Of a stretch of DNA of 64,000 bases, positions 61,101 to 64,000 are shown piece by piece (positions within the stretch are counted from its first letter, which is position 1; every line of letters begins with the position of its first letter). The DNA is from Phoronis australis. Lineage: Eukaryota > Animalia > Phoronida. The position numbers were made by a program, and so were the translations under genes. Below the pieces are notes generated by a model that ran no database searches, was not told where the DNA came from, and worked only from the letters and a program-made list of their open reading frames with translations. The DNA lies in the NCBI GenBank assembly GCA_002633005.1, contig NMRA01000409.1, positions 184,407 to 248,406 on the forward strand. The letters are read 5' to 3'.

Positions 61101-62011
61101 CATGTTATGAATATACATGAATTCTCTGTGGCTACAACAAGGTATCTGCTCTTTAAGTAAACAACCTGGTCACTTTGCCTAGAGCTTGAAATGTGGCCGT
61201 TAGGTCAGAAATGTTCATGTGTTGCTTTGCGGTAAAATCTCGGCAATTTAGAGCGAAAATGGTTGCCAAAAGTGACTTTTTCATTTTTTAAGGGCGTCTA
61301 GCATTGTTGTGAATGTCCACACGATTTTTCCAAGCTTTTCTGGAACAAAATTTGAAAATGGAATTTCATTTAATTTTGGGCTACTTATGTTTCATGGAAA
61401 AAAACTAAATAAAATTCCACTTGTCGGCTATATTGTGTCCTAAAACGTTGCCGTAGTCATCAATCACAACTCACCTACTCGAACATGACGCGCTCCAAAA
61501 ATAAATCAATGTTTTCATACCAAAATGCATCATTTCCCTGTAACTTAATCTACCGACTAAATAAACATTATCTTTCATTTCAGGTGAAGTATTTGATGTG
61601 TAGAAATGAGTCAATGAAAATAACTTCATGCAAACTCACTTAGAATGCTATTCAGATGCCACGATGATGTCACTGACGTCTTCTAATGGAGAATTGCTAC
61701 TGTCTGATTCCTGCAGAAGTTGTGTCGCCCTGTAAAGTTTTTCTACAGTGCATTGTTGCCAACTAATTCACCGTAGGTCTCGTCTAATTTTCAGATGCGT
61801 ATACAGTTCAACGATGACGCCACGTCGATTCACGAGTACCCATCTGAGAAGGTGATGACACAGCATTTACCCAAAGAACCGCACTGTACTTATGCGGATG
61901 ATGATCATGTGATCACTGGCAATGATGATGATGATGATGATGACGAGGTCAATGGAGAACCTGCGAAGAAGGCAAACATTCTCACTTCAACGCCATCTAT
62001 TGGCGCCTCAG
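49138..62011 (+). CDS. Taperin/phostensin (PPP1R18)-family PP1-binding protein, partial; exons 49138-50871 and 61795-62011
   Basis: The N-terminus IPAWKQSLLEKRR plus a second LPAWKRDLILKKK resembles Phostensin_N and is followed by a long Ser-rich disordered region. A phase-0 donor AAG|GTAAG at 50872 joins in frame to MRIQFNDDATSIHEYPSE, an RVxF-type motif plus EYPSE as in taperin, then an acidic poly-D tract. The next donor is at 62012; later exon(s) were not found. The last ~33 aa of ORF 49138..50973 are intronic. Confidence 0.82.
53260..53710. mobile_element. Foldback element of ~21-bp subrepeats, 5-bp TSD TATTT
   Basis: About 200-bp inverted arms (CAAGGTACCT...AGGTACCTTG) around a ~35-nt spacer; subunits resemble ACGGACTCATAAACACGGGC; TATTT on both sides. 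Confidence 0.85.
54924..54937. promoter_or_regulatory. Canonical RFX X-box inside the taperin-like intron
   Basis: GTTACCGTAGCAAC fits the GTTNCC-NN-RGYAAC consensus. Confidence 0.5.
56931..56992 (+). ncRNA. Hammerhead-ribozyme-like motif, probably degenerate
   Basis: AATTACC-CTGATGA-(GTGAAG...CTTCTGC stem II)-GAAAC-CGTCATGAC-A-GGGAATT. Both core boxes, a plausible stem II and stem I are present, but the NUH cleavage triplet is imperfect. Confidence 0.4.
57078..57482. mobile_element. Harbinger-like MITE family D (TIR ~GGCCTTTCATACTAAC)
   Basis: CCTTTCATACTAAC...GTTAGTATGAAATGGCC; a related left end starts at 63469. Confidence 0.55.
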
Positions 62012-63346
62012 GTAAAGTGTTTAGGTTATTTGACTTGTTTTGATATGACAATATGGCAGCCAAGTGAAATCTTATTTTTTCAAATTTCTCAATTAAAATC
62101 AGTTGTTATGACAACGTTTGGTGAAGTTACCAATATTTGCAGGAATGTAATCATCATTTGAAAAAATAGAAAAATTGTCATTTTGGAAATTGGTTTCGTT
62201 TGAAATGAGCGAAAAATACCATATGCTGTTAACGTTCCTTTATTATGGTGAGTGAGGACAAGTCTGTAATCAAAAATAAATCTTGATCATAGTATTTATA
62301 AATATATGGAGTCTTGAAATAATACGAAAAAGACACCATCTGAATAGAAAAAGATAAAAATACGGTATAAATTTAATAAAATCCAAGTGTTGTGCTCTTT
62401 GTCATCGGTGGTAGACTGACAAAGACAGTAATACTTGAAAAGTTGGGATTTGTGTTTGATTTGCGCCATCTACTTTAATTCATCTTTCTGGCTTTTTATT
62501 CACACTTTGGTCAGTTCCGACATGTAGCTATTTACAGCTTTAATGAAACCATCTTCTTGTCAGTTAAGGTAAAATTACAGATTAAATTAGCTGCCAAAAT
62601 TAACAATTTTCCTTTTTTTCCAAAGTTGTTTACCTAACTACACATAAATGGAAAATTTCCAAAAAAGGTGTTTGGTGATGTCCACCTAATTGACGAAAAC
62701 TTTCTTAATCTTTATTTTTGTGGAAAATTTTGACAAAATAGAATTTCACTTGTCTGCCATATTGCCTACTAAGTATTAAGTGAAGAATTACCCTATGCCA
62801 TTTCCTGCAAGTTCCGTGTCACAAACTGAAGGTCCTTCTAAATTTATGAGGTTTACTTTGATCTGTGATATTTTTGTATACCAATGAAAATTGCAGTCTC
62901 TATTTGAATAGCACGAGTGTGATAATCTGGTCTGCATCGTTTTTATCACTCTGTGCATACAGTTAGGCCATGTTTTTCCATTGATTCGTTGTGTTTTGAA
63001 TTATGCTTATCACAAAAGTATTCCTGTACTTAATTAGGTTGACATCTGGTTTTAGATTGTGTTTCGGAGACAGTGTGGAAGTTGGTTGTATATTATCACC
63101 ATATATTAGTGCAAATGTGTTCAGCAAATGTACCGAGTGAACTTTAACACAATATATCAACACGTGTGACTTTCACACATACGAAAGATCGCTATCTTTC
63201 TGTTACAAATAAGGACCCCTACAGGTTGTGCGCAGCTCACCTGCATGTCCAATCGCCATGGACTGACAGACTCGAGAGACTGATTTCTATGCACCACTAC
63301 AGGTGTCTCGCACTTCACAGACAGTGACCAGAACATTTTGGTTCAG

Positions 63347-63425
63347 GTGTTTGATAAGCATTGTGTGTTTGATAAGCATTGTGTGTTTGATAAGCATTTT
63401 GTGTTTGATAAGCATTGTGTGTTTG
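63347..63425. repeat. 18-bp tandem repeat, about 4 copies
   Basis: Unit GTGTTTGATAAGCATTGT. Confidence 0.9.
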
Positions 63426-63656
63426 GCTACGCTGCATTATATATGGTTGATACTGACACTTAACAAAAGGGCCTTTCATACTAACGTCGACGCGTCGATG
63501 GTTTGGGAGTTGCGGTCAGTATGAACACTTAACTCTGATCCTGGATCATAGTTAACAGCTCCAGTTAACATCGCAGTTAACAGGTGGATTTAATAGCGCA
63601 GCGTCGACGCTGTGGTGCAGTATGAACGCTTAACTGCGATCCAGGACCAGAGTTAA

Positions 63657-64000
63657 AGGCGAAGGCAACCTTTTTTCATGTCATTTTGAGCTAAGATAAG
63701 GTTGGTTGGTTATCCTAGACATATTTTCCACTTAATTACAGCTTTTCGTACTTTTATTAATTACTCGTCCGCTACTCCGGAAGTGACGTTTTAGGAGGCA
63801 AGCGTTTCCCGCCACTTGGTTTTGCATTGAGTTTACTGTGCGAATCTGTTCTATTCTACTTTTGTTTTGTGCTGTTTTTCAACAATTGTCGCCACCGCTT
63901 TCCATCGGCGAGTATTCTGCGGCAACATAGGTTAGAGAGAACTCAACTACGTTGGATTTAGGGATTGCTTAGAGTGTTGTAAGCTGAAAATGGCTGGAGT
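63657..64000. mobile_element. Family C copy, truncated by the window end
   Basis: TTAA-AGGCGAAGGCAACCTTTTTTCATGTCA and shared internal ACAGCTTTTCGTA...CGGAAGTGACGTTTT.GGAGGCAAG. Confidence 0.75.

Noticed and set aside
63224-63302. Next coding exon of the taperin-like gene
   Set aside because: The acceptor is weak, and the phase-1 reading stops after about 19 codons with no family-like sequence.

Overview
AT-rich, intron-containing animal genomic DNA, probably from an invertebrate (inferred from gene content and patchy CpG depletion). Most ORFs in the track are spurious. Four protein-coding genes can be spliced by eye. (1) A 3-exon gene missed by the ORF track encodes a 134-aa secreted cystine-knot protein of IL-17/PTTH/Trunk type (+, 16163-18087). 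(2) A complete 6-coding-exon Rab14 (+, 28804-35886). (3) A complete 5-exon tektin-like CCDC105/TEKTL1 (-, 44512-48469). (4) Head-to-head with gene 3, a taperin/phostensin-family PP1-binding gene (+, from 49138, last exon not found in the window). The rest holds many non-autonomous DNA transposons (TTAA-, TA/TAA-, 5-bp- and 6-bp-TSD classes), a decayed Penelope-like GIY-YIG fragment split by a MITE, a tRNA-derived SINE and minisatellites. Three duplications next to single Ns look like assembly artefacts. The best leads are the orphan cystine-knot cytokine, a possible RFX-driven short PP1-binding isoform inside the taperin-like intron, and an intronic hammerhead-like motif. No prokaryotic or CRISPR-type system is present. 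All calls were made by eye without searches.
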